This document shows positions 1 to 13,285 of a DNA stretch of 64,000 bases, one piece after another (position 1 is the stretch's first letter; each line of letters opens with the position of its first letter). Under the pieces are notes generated by a model. The model made no database searches. It saw only the letters and a program-made list of their open reading frames with translations, and was not told the origin of the DNA. Made by a program: the position numbers and the translations under genes. This DNA is from Octopus vulgaris (Eukaryota), in NCBI GenBank assembly GCA_951406725.2, contig OX597816.1, positions 177,010,001 to 177,074,000 of the forward strand, in the 5' to 3' direction.

Positions 1-285
1 TCAAGTGTTGGGCTTCACAGAGGCAATAACAAATGACCGAAACCTTTGGCAATATGCCATGCTTGAGTAGAAGACCCATCAAGCCAAGTGAAATCATAGT
101 TCTGTCAGATGTCACACAACTGGTGCCTGTGCTGGTAACATGTAAAAGCACCCATTATATTCTTGGAGTGGTCGGTGATAGGAAGGGCATCCAACTGTAG
201 AAATCATGTCAAATCAGACTGATGCTTGGTGCAGCCCCTCAGCTTACCAGCCCTGGTCAAACCATCCAACCATGCCAGCATGGGT

Positions 286-341
<56 letters not shown>
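1..341 (+). mobile_element. (GAT)n-tailed SINE/LINE-tail family D
   Basis: ggaagggcatccaactgtagaaa...ccaaccatgccagcatgg plus (GAT)n; related at 15400-15615, 27668-27790, 43585-43740 and 57970-58018. Confidence 0.65.
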
Positions 342-743
342 ATAGGAGTGGCTGTGTGGTAAGTAGCTTGCTAACCAGCCACATGGTTCCGGGTTCAGTC
401 CCACTGCGTGGCATCTTGGTAAAGTGTCTTCTGCTATAGCCCCGGGCCGACCAATGCCTGTGAGTGGATTTGGTAGACGGAAACTGAAAGAAGCCTGTCG
501 TATATATGTATATATATATATGTGTGTGTGTGAGTGTGTGTCTGTGTTTGTCCCCCTAGCATTGCTTGACAACCAACGCTGGTATGCTTACGTCCCCGTC
601 ACTTAGCGGTTCAGCAAAAGAGACCGATAGAATAAGTACTGGGCTTACAAAGAATATGTCCCGGGGTCGATTTACTCGACTAAAGGTGGTGCTCCAGCAT
701 GGCCGCAGTCAAATGACTGAAACAAGTAAAAGAGTAAAAGAGT
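342..743 (+). mobile_element. SINE family A (tRNA-like head, internal (TA)n(TG)n)
   Basis: ggagtggctgtgtggtaag...ggttcagtccc (Pol III A/B-box-like) ... ccagcatggccgcagtcaaatgactgaaacaagtaaaagagt; about 20 copies or fragments in the window. Confidence 0.9.
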
Positions 744-1328
744 ATATACATATATATGCTTATATATGTATGTCATAAATATGTATATATACATAAATAT
801 ATATCATCATCATCATCTGTTTTCCAAACTGGCATGCGTTGGACTATCTATCTATCCATGTGGGTGTGTGTGTGTGTACAAACAGTGTTATACAATAGTT
901 TCTGTACCAAATTTCAGTCACATGGCATAAGTCAACATGAACCAAAAAGAGAAGGCACTTGCTTAAAGTGTCGCACAGTGGGAAGGGATCAAGCCCAAAG
1001 CCATACAACCATTAATCGGAATCAGCTCTTCATTAACCCTTTAGCAATCAGATCCCTTTCTCAAATGTAATGCTTGTTTATTCACATTATTTTGAATTAA
1101 TCATGCATTGTCTTATAACTTCAAGATAACTGGTGTGTTTGTATATTTTAGAATGGCATTGTCAGATAAGTGTGAGACGTTGGATCTGATCAGTTTGAAC
1201 ATAAAACAGGTAGAATGGGTTGGATATGGCCAGATTAAATGCTAACAGGCTAAGGACATGTTGTATTGAAAACATGTCTGTAATAGTTTTCAAATGTTTT
1301 CTGACAAGTTTATTAAATTTTCAACATA

Positions 1329-1547
1329 TGAGGAGGTGCTGAAAAGCTCCTGGCTTTAAGGGTGTCGTGAAAAGCCTGATTGGAGGCCCAACCTTCTGAG
1401 TCCTTTTACAGGGCTTAGAAAAACTGAATGACTGCTGCAATAAGTGTGTGAATCTCAGGGAGGAATATGTTTAATAAAATCATAATTAACTGATTCTTCT
1501 GTATTTTCTTTTACCTAAAGCCGGGAACTTTACAGCACCCGCTTGTA
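1329..1547. mobile_element. Mariner-type MITE
   Basis: TIRs gaggaggtgctgaaaagctcctggcttt / aaagccgggaactttacagcacccgcttg with TA flanks; related copies at about 6357-6505 and 31600-31791. Confidence 0.7.
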
Positions 1548-2885
1548 TTCAATACTATCTGAAAATGAAAAGCAACATGATATAAAGAAAGACAAGCTTA
1601 TTGAGCTAAATTTCTAGCTGAATAGATTCAATAGCTATAACCATTATTTTTTTTGTTTTTCAATCCTCTGTTACACAATTTTATTTTCCTATTACTGTTA
1701 TTTAATACAATTTAACAATTTAAGAATCCCACACTGTTCCATGCTTCTATATACTAAAAAATAGCAGTCAAATCTCCCACAGATCAAACATCATCTTAAA
1801 AATCAGGACAAAGCCCATGTAATCCTTGATACTCTTAAAAGGACAAAAGAATCCTTGCTAGCATGGATCTAATCATCAGTCTGCTTGCAAAACATTGAGC
1901 TGCACAGAACAGTAGCAGCAGGAGCAATAACAACAACATCAGCAAAAAACACTGTTCAAACCTTACAGTGATCTTATAGAAGAGATAAATGATCAATAAT
2001 GTGAATTTGTGATTCAGGTTTCAATCCTCATGAGTAGCAAATGCTCTTCTCTTACTTGAAAAAAACTGTCAATATCATGCAGGGTAAAGGGTAAAGACCC
2101 CTTCGGTCATTAACGACCATGGGATTGCACCTAGAAAATTCCCCTCTGAAGCACATGTCCAGGCATGGTTGTTTGTGGAAGACCAGCAGTCACCCATGCA
2201 TACTAGCCTCCCCTCTCCATGCATACCAGCCTCCCATCTCCATGCATACCAGCCTCCCCTTCTCCATGCCACTGATGTGATCCAAGGGAAAGGTAAAGGG
2301 GCCAATACTGCTTGGCACCAGTGCCACAGCTGAGTGAACTGGAGCAATGTAAAATATAGTGTCCTGCTCAAGGACACAACATACAGCCAAGTCCAGGAAC
2401 TGAGCTCACTATCTCATGATCATGAGCCCAACACTTTAACCACTAATCCATGCACCTTCATTAAGAATCATGCAATCAAACATGAAATATCATGCAATCA
2501 TGAAAAAGGCATTGATATCACATTTCTCCAATCCTATCCTACAATGAGACATCTTTAATAATTGTAATATTTAAATATTGTATAATGTAATACTGTTTAT
2601 AAAATTCAGGGCAGTCAATATACAGTACATATCAGTAATACATTGGCATCAATTATATTGACTGCCTTTTCTTTTTCGCTGCAAAATTTGACAGTGTACC
2701 TCAGCAAAGGAAAGCAATACTGCACAAAAGAATTTGATTTAAATGCAACTTCTTTTTATTGAAGTGTCATGGGGGAAAAAATCTACAATGAATTTATAAG
2801 AGTTAACAGAATCTATAAATAGGTTACATACAATGTATTTCCTACTACATATACACACACATATGTGTATGTGCATGTATATATA

Positions 2886-2944
<59 letters not shown>

Positions 2945-2946
<2 letters not shown>

Positions 2947-3346
2947 TCTTTACTCTTTTACTTGTTTCAGTCATTTGACTGTGGCCATGCTGGAGCACTG
3001 CCTTTTAGTCGAGCAAATCGACCCCGGGACTTATTCTTTGTAAGCCCAGTACTTACTCTATCGGTCTCTTTTGCCGAACTGCTAAGTGACGGGGACGTAA
3101 ACACACCAGCATTGGTTGTCAAGCAATGCTAGGGGGACAAACACAGACACACAAACACACACACGCATATATATATATACATATATACGACGGGCTTCTT
3201 TCAGTTTACGTCTACCAAATCCACTCACAAGGCTTTGGTCGGCCCGAGGCTATAGTAGAAGACACTTGCCCAAGATGCCACGCAGTGGGACTGAACCCGG
3301 AACCATGTGATTGGTAAACAAGCTACTTATCACACAGCCACTCCTG
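2945..3346 (-). mobile_element. SINE family A
   Basis: Full-length reverse copy. Confidence 0.9.
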
Positions 3347-3348
3347 GG

Positions 3349-3386
<38 letters not shown>

Positions 3387-3849
3387 AGGCGCAATGGCCC
3401 AGTGGTTAGGGCAGCAGTCTCGTGGTTGTAGGATCGCGAAAACACCTAAAAGCTCCACGAGGCTCCAGCAGGGGGTGGTGATCCCTGCTGTACTCTTTCA
3501 CCACTCTTTCTCCAATTCTTTCTTCTGTTGGCCTGCTCGCTTAGCGAACGCATTGTGACCAGCGATGTGTAACTACATCTGATGGACTGGTCGGTCACGT
3601 GATCACGTGATATATATATATATATATATAATATATATATATATGTATGTACGTCTAAAATACCCTAAGGAACTGAAAATCTAATACATTAATAAATCAT
3701 GAGCCATGGTATTTTTGTGAGAGAGAAATGTGTGTATAGTCCTTTACATTAGTTTGTGTTTCTGTGTGTATGATTGTTCTTTTTTCCTCCTTTCACTACC
3801 TATAAGTGTTTGAATACTTCTATAGGGGATATATAGATATAGATATATG

Positions 3850-4072
3850 TTCAACAATATAAGGAATGGCCCTGATAGGCCATTCGACTCACTAGAAAGA
3901 GCAGCCAAACTCAAACTGCTAAATAGTTGTAATTCTGAAATTGAAAGAGAAATAAAAACATTTGCCCTTTTCCTCTTTCAATTTCAGAATTACAACTATT
4001 AAGTGGTTTGAGTTTGGCTGCTCTTTCTAGTGAGTCGAATGGCCTATCAGGGCCATTCCTTATATTGTTGAA
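3850..4072. repeat. Hairpin/palindrome, arms 3850-3949 / 3973-4072
   Basis: 100-bp arms with about 3 mismatches; 23-nt loop. Confidence 0.95.
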
Positions 4073-4825
4073 TGTATATTATATAGTCTTTGACTATCTT
4101 TACTCTCTCACTAGACCGCTGGTAGCGGAGAATTTTTTTGCTACCCTTATATTTATTAATTAATGATATAGATATATGTATATAAACATATACATATAAT
4201 TAACAATATCATTTTATCCCTAATAGTGGTTTGGAATTTAACTGTCCTCTCTAGCATGCAGGTAGTCCTATGATGGATACCTCTTATGTGTTTAAATGTA
4301 CGCTGTATATATATAAACATATACATGTATATATACTGTAGATTTTACATATATAAACAAACAAACAAATAAACATCCATCCATCCATACTAGCAGTAAT
4401 ACCCATCGTTGATCTACTCATTTTTGGGAGGCACATTCAAAGTGTTATTATATATAGAGATTTACTCCTCCTGTATGTGTGTATTTCATAAGAAAAAAAC
4501 ATAATAATTGAAGTAGAGAAAAGATCAATTTCATACACGAACTTCTGTTTGTTTATTATATGACAATAATAATAAGTGAGTTGTATATATCAATACAATA
4601 ATGGCAGTTATATAATACACAAGGCTTTGGGTCGGCAGGAAACTGAAAGAGAATTGCCCAACGTGCCGCAGATTGGGACTAAACTCAAGGCAACATGAGA
4701 TACATTTTGGATAATATACTCCTTGATACAATATACTTAACAAAAAGATGAGATGTTTACAGTGAGATGACCTCTGATCGTGATATTTACTCGAGCAACG
4801 CAACAACTAACAATGCTACACCATT

Positions 4826-5520
4826 CAGGGTGTTCCAGAATTACTGATATGTTTCAGTGAAATTGATCAGAATTTTAAAAAAGTGACAGAATTTTATGCT
4901 TATTACCAAAACAAATAGATTTATAAATCTTACGTCAAACTTTTATTGAAAATTTTCAACATGTCTGTATCCTTGCATACTTCAAATCTCTCCCTGAAGC
5001 ATTGTGAAACACATTTTGAAGCATTTCAGGAGTTAGCTCCTGCACTGCTAACTGAATGTGTTCTTTAACCCTTTAGCATTCAGATTATTCTATAAAATGT
5101 AAAGCTTATGTATTCACACCATGTAAAATTAATCTTGCATCATTTCATGGCTTTGAGATTTCAATGATGTGATTCTTTATTTTTAAAATGACACAATAAG
5201 GTAGCTATGAATGACCATACCTGACTATTCTGAACATAAAATAGGTAGAATATTTTAGCCGGATATGGCCGGTTTCAATACTAAAGGGTTGTTAAGCTCA
5301 GCTCTATCTTGGGGATGGAGGTAAAGAAAATGAATCCAGCCAAAATGAATAAAAGCTGTCCTGGACATATAAGAGGGGCCCAACAGGAATGAAAATCAAA
5401 TTATAAACAAAATTCAAAATTTATACACTTTTAACACATATCAAGCATGATTAACATAGAGTGAGTTTTAAAAAATGCATCCGATTTTACTGAAATCATC
5501 ATTAATTCTGGGACAACCTG
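4826..5520. mobile_element. Tc1-like MITE containing a nested TTAA MITE (about 5066-5292)
   Basis: TIRs cagggtgttccagaatta...tttcagtgaaat / attttactgaaatcatcattaattctgggacaacctg-ta; nested ttaaccctttagcatt...ctaaagggtt. Confidence 0.6.
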
Positions 5521-6514
5521 TATTTACTCGTCTGACTAAATGGGGGAGGAAACACAGGGGTGGGGACTAATTGCAGGTGGTGAGTGTACCTCTCGGAAGT
5601 GGTCATGTGGTCAAACTCAAACGGCTGTGAGTCACAACAGCAGTTTGTTTTTTGTTGTACGAACATTTTGCATTATATAGTTCAGACATGGATGACATAG
5701 AAAGCAGACATGCTGCCGGGCCTTGCTGTGTTGCGCAGGATTGGAAACGTGAAACATCAACAGGACACTTCTGGAGAATGGATGAATGGGTTTGTTGTGC
5801 CTTTACCTAGCTGCACACACATGCACATGGCCTGGTGGTTTGCAGGATGCTAACATGAAGCATCAACATGGCGCCGACAAAAATGTTAATGTTCTTCTCA
5901 TTTCCTCTGCCAAATTGGACAAAAAGGTTTTCCTGAAATATTATACGCTGCTTATAATGCATAAGTAGTGTCAATATTTTATTGTTGGAAAATGGCCTAA
6001 AACAAAGATAAGACCTAGTGCAGTATACTCAAATCTGATTAATCTGCATTTTTGGGGGGTCTACAATCGGCATCAGAGATTTTTTTTAATCAACTGCAAT
6101 TTGAGGAGCCTGATTAATGTTTGTTGCAAATTTGGAGGAATGCCAAAATGCTTTGAAAATGCATTTTATCTGCCCCTGGGCCCACATTAGGCAAGAAGTT
6201 GAAAATATTTTGGCCCATGACTCTCCATGGACCCTATGTAATCCATGTGTAAAATTTCATAAAAATCGGTTGGGTAGATCTTGAGTTTTAATGACATGAC
6301 AAATACACAGACATACATCCTGTGTTTTATATATATATATATATATAGATATACATACAAGGGGGAACTGAAAGTTCCTGGCTTTGGGTAAAAGAAAATA
6401 CAAGAGGATCAGTTAATTATGATTTTATTCAACATGTTCCCCTCCCAGATTCACACACTTATTACAGCAGTCCTTCAGTTTTTCTAAGCCTTGTAAAAGA
6501 ACTCGATACATTTG

Positions 6515-6602
<88 letters not shown>

Positions 6603-7232
6603 GTGACTCCAGGTCATCAGCATCACTCGGGCTCATTATAGATTTCGTCATTGGGATTCATCACAGATTTTGCATAAGACAAATGCCTGCTTGAAGACTT
6701 TCACGTTTTCCTGCAATATTTCTAGCCCTAAACGGCATATTTTCTTTTTATATCTAGCACTATTTCTTTCTCCATTTCTAAGTTAAGGGTAGAAATAATC
6801 CTGCAAAACACAACTGGTATTTACACACAGATGCACGGAATAAAAGCAATCAAACAACGACAACGGAGTGCACAACAAACACCAGCAATGTCAGTTAGTC
6901 TTTTACACCTGGCAGGTTCATTCATATTCGACCAAGTTAAATCTTAATCTCTATAGAAATTTATTGCTTCAAGAACATGTTGAATTTGAATTGCTTTTAA
7001 TTTTTACAATTATAGATAACAACACAAGCTGTAACTTCTGAGCCTGAGTCAGGCATGTGTGAATGATGTCAAGAGAACATCTGCTGCAGATGATATTTTT
7101 TGACACAGGGCATCTCTAAGACAACCACCAGGCTCAATAAAATGAGCCTGAGTTATTGGCTGCAATTGCATACTTGAAGTCAGTGGTGGCAGAAATTAAA
7201 TCAGCTTGCAAACACACATTCACTTTACTAAA

Positions 7233-8678
7233 TTTTTATTTTATTAAGTTTCAGCTCACGAGCTGTGGCCATGCTGGGGCACCGCCAATCGGTGTTGCTA
7301 CATGATTATACTTCACGAATGCCTTTTAGCAATTGACATTTGGTGCATGAGAGAGTTCGATGCAGCTGCCCTCATCTGCACCTCCAGCTGAGAAGTTGGT
7401 TCATCTGGGATACCTGACAAGAAGAGATCCAGGTTTATTTTAAAGACATCTGCATCCATCCCATGCAGGTCTCTCAGGTCCTTCGGGAGGATATTGAAGA
7501 ACTGTGGACCTCTGAAGCCCAGGCTATCACAGTATCTTGTCCTACATCTTGATGGCAAATTTGGAGTCCTTGGCACTATGCAGTGACGCCCAGTTCTAGT
7601 ATTTGTGTAACTCTCGATGCCAAAGTTTGGGACAAGTCCTTCCAGGATCTTCCAGATGTATATTATGGCATATCTTTCTCGCCTATGCTCTAAGGAATAG
7701 AGTCTTACTCTCTTGAGTCTTTCCCAATAGCTTATATGCTGCACAGAGGCTATCTTTTTCATGTAGCTTCGTTGGATCGCCCCCTCAAGTTCTGTGATTA
7801 ACTTGACACTGGATGGTGACCAATAGTCAAAGTGGCTTAGGACAAGTGTCCTCCAGAGGACCATCATTTTTCCTGGTCTCTTGTTCTAAAAGCTCTAAGA
7901 ATCCATCCGGTCAGCCGCCTACATTTCATTGCCAATTTAGCAACCTGCACCTGAAAGTTTGCATCATTACTTATGTAAATACCCAGGTCTCGCACTGATT
8001 GTACCTCCGGGATTGCAATCCCTCCAGGTCCAGTGTATTTATTGGGTAATGCATTTAGTTTTGCATGCTGATAGCATAAAGCTTGAAACTTTTCAGCATT
8101 GAACTGCATGCTATTCTTTTCAGCCCACTTGTATATTTCTTCCAGGTCACATTGCAGGTGCTTAGTGTCTTCAGGGTTCTGTATTACTTGTGAAACTGTT
8201 GTATCATCTACATAACTTGTGATCATGGCTCTCTACGTGGCTTGAGGGCATGTCTGAGAGGGCCATTATTAACAGTAGTGGTCCCAAAACAGTGCCTTGC
8301 GAAACACCACTCACTATTTGCGTGTTAATGGAAGTGGCCCCATTGGCTACTACCACCTGGCTTCTATCCTTCAGAAAGTCATGAAGCCATTCTCCCAATT
8401 TTCCAACTATGCCAAGATCACGCAATTTGTGACACATCATTCCATGATCGATTTTATCAAAGGCCTTTGCAAAGTCGAGATATATCACTTCCACATTTGA
8501 GTGGTTGAGTAGTCATTTCAGCACTCAGTCGTAGTGTTGTAGGAGCTGAGTTAGGCAGCTTCTTCCTGGTCGGAAACCATGTTGGGTGTCAGGTAGCAAG
8601 TCATTTTCTTCAAGGAAGTGTGAGGTCAGAGAGATAGGTCTGTAGTTCTTGGCCTCCGCTCTGCTACCTCCTTGATGA
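7233..8678 (-). mobile_element. 5'-truncated CR1-type LINE (frameshifted RT)
   Basis: ORF pieces YLDFAKAFDKIDHG, SGVSQGTVLGPLL, SYVDDT and YWERLKRVRLYSLEHRRERY; 3' tail hairpin followed by an A-rich end. Confidence 0.9.
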
Positions 8679-9252
8679 ATATATATATATAATAATTATT
8701 TGAGGGAATATTATTCCTAACTTACAGGGAAAAATTCAATTTAGAAAAACTAAATCAAATTACACAAAATATAATATACATCTATAAAAATTAGAAAAAA
8801 CCACCTTTTATCAATTCAAAGTGAACAATTAAATTACACCATCTAAAAAATTATTATTTTGCAATATACTTAATCATCGGTATATTATTACTCTCTTTTA
8901 CTCTCTTTTACTTGTTTCAGTCATTTGATTGCGGCCATGCTGGAGCACCGCCTGTTATTTTAATTTTAATATTTATATTATATGTAATTTTCTAGATAGT
9001 GTAATTTAATTGTTCATTTTGAATTGATAAAAGGTGATTTTTTCTAATTTATGTATATATATATATATATATATATAGATAGATATAGAAATATAATAAA
9101 AGGCTCCCAAATAAGAAAGCTTAGTGCTTACCAGCATGCCCTATGTTGCCAGGTATATTTTGCGTCTGCGCAGAGGTTTGAAAAGTTAAGATATACAAAT
9201 TGTTAGACTGACATGTGTTCTAACACTCTGTGCATCTAGAATTAGGAAGGCG

Positions 9253-9330
9253 TCCCGCTGACGAACCTTGCCTTGGCAAACATATTCTGTCTGTGTTGCT
9301 AGAAAGAGGTAGAAACTGATCAGTCCGGGA
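9253..9330 (+). ncRNA. Type I hammerhead ribozyme motif
   Basis: tcccg-CTGACGA-acct...aggt(a)-GAAA-ctgatcag-TC-cggga: 5-bp stem I, palindromic stem III ACTGATCAGT, GUC site; one extra A at the base of stem II. Confidence 0.75.
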
Positions 9331-9529
9331 TATATCGTTAATGGTAAATGTTTTTGATTTTCATTCTCTCCATGAATTTATCCCTCTTTGTGTCTCTAGC
9401 ACTAAGCTTCCTTATTTGGAGGCCTTTTATTATATTTCTATATGAATAATATTTTGTCTAATGACTAATTCGTCTTTTGTGCTAGGCCACTGGTAATAAT
9501 AACCTATGTTATTACCCTTTTTGATTATG

Positions 9530-9579
<50 letters not shown>

Positions 9580-9589
9580 TATATATATA

Positions 9590-10560
9590 TATAAGTAAAT
9601 AGAGATATATACATATATGGCTTACTTTTCTGTTAAGGTAAATTCAACAAAAAAGAACTCTGCCCAGTGAGAGATAAATATTGTTTAATGTACACAGTAT
9701 AGAGTTATGAGCTACTAATAGTTTCATACATAGGAAATGTTACCTAGGGAGGTTTTAATAATGTACATTGTGTCTCCTTGCAATCTTGAGGCTCTGAGCC
9801 CATGGCCTATACAAGTTACAAATGAGGACAATAGAAGATGGGAAATTAAGAGAAAAATGATGAGAGGAAGGTGGATACAAAAAGTGGAAGGGTGAAAAAA
9901 TGAAAAAAGAAAGAATATGTCTCCTTTGACTGTAAAGCCATAGTTGGTGTAGAATCTATGGCAGGGATCTAATATCTGCAATACAGCTGTTGAAGGTGGA
10001 GCGTGGTGACCTGCAATTCACCAAAAGAAACTTGTTCATATGTTAGCATTTGCTGAAAATTTATGATGTGGAATTCAATAGTGCAGTGGAATTCTTAGAT
10101 TTAAAAAGGATATGCGATCTTTCAGCGTAAATTGAATTTACATGGATTTTTCTATGATTCTCCACTTGAAGATCCATATATGGCTAACCAACTTAGTGGC
10201 TTTACTTTTGTCCATGTGCTGGAAAGAAGATAGATGGTAGCCTGGTGTAATTCTTCCTTTTGACTAGATTATCATTGTAGCATTGCTGTGACTTCAGCTT
10301 CATATATGATGGAGCTTATCATGTATGCCTGGTTGAGTTGGCAAGATCCATGGTCTCAACAGTTACGACTAGGAGTGGGCTCTTGATGGCATTTAAATGT
10401 AATGATGCTCTTCCTACTGGGACAGCAGTCATATGACAATTCAGTTGAGATTCTGTTAAAGAACTTTCTGTATTTATGATTTTCTGGGACATGCTTACTA
10501 ACATTAGTTTTAATATTTAGGGAAAAAGGGGTAGGGGCAAACCAAATTATTTTCTCGGGT
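9590..10560 (-). mobile_element. Penelope-like element remnant (GIY-YIG C-terminal region plus pLTR)
   Basis: Minus-strand fragments SSIIYEAEVT and YHLSSFQHMDKSKATKLVSHIWIFKWRIIEKS (about 10140-10320) resemble PLE endonuclease motifs; followed by a hammerhead and (TA)n. Confidence 0.65.
9709..9794 (-). ncRNA. Degenerate type I hammerhead motif
   Basis: Reverse complement gagc-CTCAAGA(core G5>C)-ttgcaagga...tcctatgtat-GAAA-ctattag-TA-gctc; lies downstream of a GIY-YIG remnant on the same strand. Confidence 0.6.
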
Positions 10561-10592
10561 ATATATTTATGTTATTATATATTATTATTAGG

Positions 10593-10634
<42 letters not shown>

Positions 10635-10719
10635 TAATTGAAAATGATAAACAACATGATACAAAGAAAGACATGCTTGAGCTAAACCTATAACTGAAAA
10701 AATTCAATAGCAATAATCA

Positions 10720-10764
<45 letters not shown>

Positions 10765-10800
10765 TTTATACATATGTATACATCATATATATATATATAC

Positions 10801-10859
<59 letters not shown>

Positions 10860-10957
10860 AAAATAGCCTTTCTTTCTTATATTACATTTCTTAAATTATA
10901 TTAATGCTTTTAATTGTTGTTATGTAGAATTCTTTTGTTATTCTTTATTCTTTTGTT

Positions 10958-11001
10958 ATCCACTGATGTCACCAAAAGTTGAATAGAGAAATGTCTTGGA
11001 T
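10958..11001 (+). ncRNA. Strongly decayed hammerhead-like motif
   Basis: atcca-CTGATGt...GAAAtGTC-ttggat inside a (TA)n-flanked module; stem II is poor. Confidence 0.3.
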
Positions 11002-11149
11002 TATATTTTGTCTCAGCATTCTTTTTGTAGGTGTGTGTGTGTATTAGAAATATCTTATTAATTCACCTTGAATTTCGCTAATTTTGGATCACCTTGAAAA
11101 TGTGTTAACGTGTATTTTTGGAAATATCAATTTCAATGATATTTTGATA

Positions 11150-11573
11150 TCTTTTACTCTTTTTTACTCTTTTACTTGTTTCAGTCATTTGACTGTGTCC
11201 ATGCTGGAGCACTGCCTTTAGTCGAGCAAATTGACCCTAGGACTTATTCTTTGTAAGCCTAGTACTTATTCTATCGGTCACTTTTTCCAAACCACTAAGT
11301 TACGAGGACGTAAACACACCAGCATTGGTCGTCAAGCAATGTTGTGGGGACAAACACAGACACACAAACATATACACACACACATACATATATAATATAT
11401 ACATATATACAATAGGCTTCTTTCAGTTTCCATCTACCAAATCCACTCACAAGGATTTGGTTGGCCTGAAGCTATAATAGAAGATACTTGCCCAAGATGC
11501 CATGTAGTGGGACTGAACCCGAAACCATGTGGTTGGTAAGCAAGCTACTTACCAAACAGCCACCCCTAAGCCT
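11150..11573 (-). mobile_element. SINE family A
   Basis: Full-length reverse copy. Confidence 0.88.
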
Positions 11574-11789
11574 ATCTCTATATATATAAAACTGAGAATG
11601 TGTGTGTGTCTGTCTGTCTGTGTGTTTCCCTAAAACTTGAGAACTACACAACCAATTTCATTCAAATTTTACATATGCCTTGCTTAGGGTCCGGGGAGTG
11701 TCTTTAACTTTTTGCCTAGGGCGAGCCCACAGCAATATCATATCTTCTCCACTATTTCAGTATTACATGTTAAAAGTGAAACAAAAACA

Positions 11790-12266
11790 TACAGCATCTC
11801 GAAAGAGTCCAGAAGCTGGCTACCCGCATGGTTCTTGGTCTCAAGAATTTGTCTTATGAAGAAAGGCTGAAGACGCTCGACCTTTATTCTCTAGAAAAAC
11901 GATGCTGCCGTGGTGATCTCATTCTTGCTCACAACATCATAAGCGGAAAGTGTAACCTCTCCAAAGAGCTGTTCTTCACTCCTGCTCCAGAGCGTCGGCT
12001 GCGGGGTCACTCCGAAAAGCTCTATCTGCGACGATTTCATCTCAATCGAAGGAGAGGGGCTTTCTCCATCCAAGTTGCGGTTACATGGAATAAGCTGCCG
12101 GACGAGATAGTGAAGATGCCGACGACCGCTAGGTTCAAAGTCTCTCTTGACCAGAAATGGCCTGAACTCTTTACATGAACACCACTCTGACATAACTCCA
12201 TGTTCCCCTACATGGCCTTGCTTTTTGCTTTTTGAGCCAAAAAATTAACTAACTAACTAACTAACT
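11790..12266 (+). mobile_element. CR1-type LINE 3' fragment
   Basis: LERVQKLATRMVLGLKNLSYEERLKTLDLYSLEKRCCRGDLI...RGHSEKL; ends in an (AACT)n tail. Confidence 0.88.
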
Positions 12267-12291
12267 ATCTCTCTATTGTATGTATATGGAC

Positions 12292-12331
<40 letters not shown>

Positions 12332-12335
<4 letters not shown>

Positions 12336-13285
12336 CAAAATATAAAGTTATATCTTGAGATCGTTAGTGACAACAACCCTCAAAATATATAACAGACTGG
12401 AATAGTAGTGCTCAAATGAGCTGTATACACTTTTTAATCCGAGGGGAGGCAATGCGAGCAGCAACTACAAGAGCACTACAAAATCCACAGAAAGATCAAA
12501 CACATACATATATTCATATATTCATTTATATCTACAGAACAGACATAAAGCCCGACGTTTAGAAATATATAGTAATATATAAATATATAAACATCATATA
12601 AAAATATATTGTACGCATAAGATCCACTCGACATTCCATAAGAAATTTAGGAATAAAAATTGCAATAAAAGTTAGAGGTAATGAAAATAATTGAAAAAAA
12701 TATAGTAAATATAGTAAGTAGTAATCAAATATATTTTATTTTATTAAAATGGTAATTAAATCGTAATATAACAATTAAAAGAAAAAATAGCAATTAGTAT
12801 AAAATGTATCAAGGACTTGAACTCGAATATGTGGCTTTGCAAGAATGGGAGAAATTAAAAGATGAAAAATTTAATTGTGTGCAGAAGTGAATTAGTCCAG
12901 ATGGAGCTGTGCGCATACCATTTACTATAGCTGCTAGATTGAATTATATGCTTATAAAGTAGCATTTATTATCTATGAGAATTTTTGGGAGTACGTAATG
13001 TCTGGTCTTTCGCATGTAGCAGGTATGTAATTGTGCATTTGTTTCCGTGTACTATGTGTTGTATGTAAAAAACATCCTGACGAGGGAAGTGTCACTTTTA
13101 AATATATGATATGTTTCATATTGATTGGTGCATCTCCGAAACGGCCCGTAGATGAACTTTTATGTATATTTGTAATTTGTATATTTATCTTCTATGTATT
13201 TTTCTCTGGAATTTTAATTTGTCTTTTTAATATGTTATTGTATGTTTTATTACCCCAAATTTTTAATTTAACAAATTTATACCAA
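12332..13285 (+). mobile_element. Decayed Penelope-like element 3' end
   Basis: Starts at a (TA)n tract; weak ALQEWEKLKDEKFNCVQK*I similarity to the PLE endonuclease 'IWKLKD..IKW' region; hammerhead at 13073. Confidence 0.45.
13073..13154 (+). ncRNA. Type I hammerhead ribozyme motif (Penelope pLTR-like)
   Basis: catc-CTGACGA-ggg...tcc-GAAA-cg(gcc)cg-TA-gatg: stem I catc/gatg, intact core, G-C pair at the base of stem II, GUA cleavage triplet. Confidence 0.8.

Noticed and set aside
204-778. Recurrent 'MSSNARGTNTDT' / 'CHAVGLNPEPC' ORFs
   Set aside because: Translations of SINE A, not a gene family.
3383-3440. tRNA-like sequence
   Set aside because: SINE head with no complete cloverleaf.
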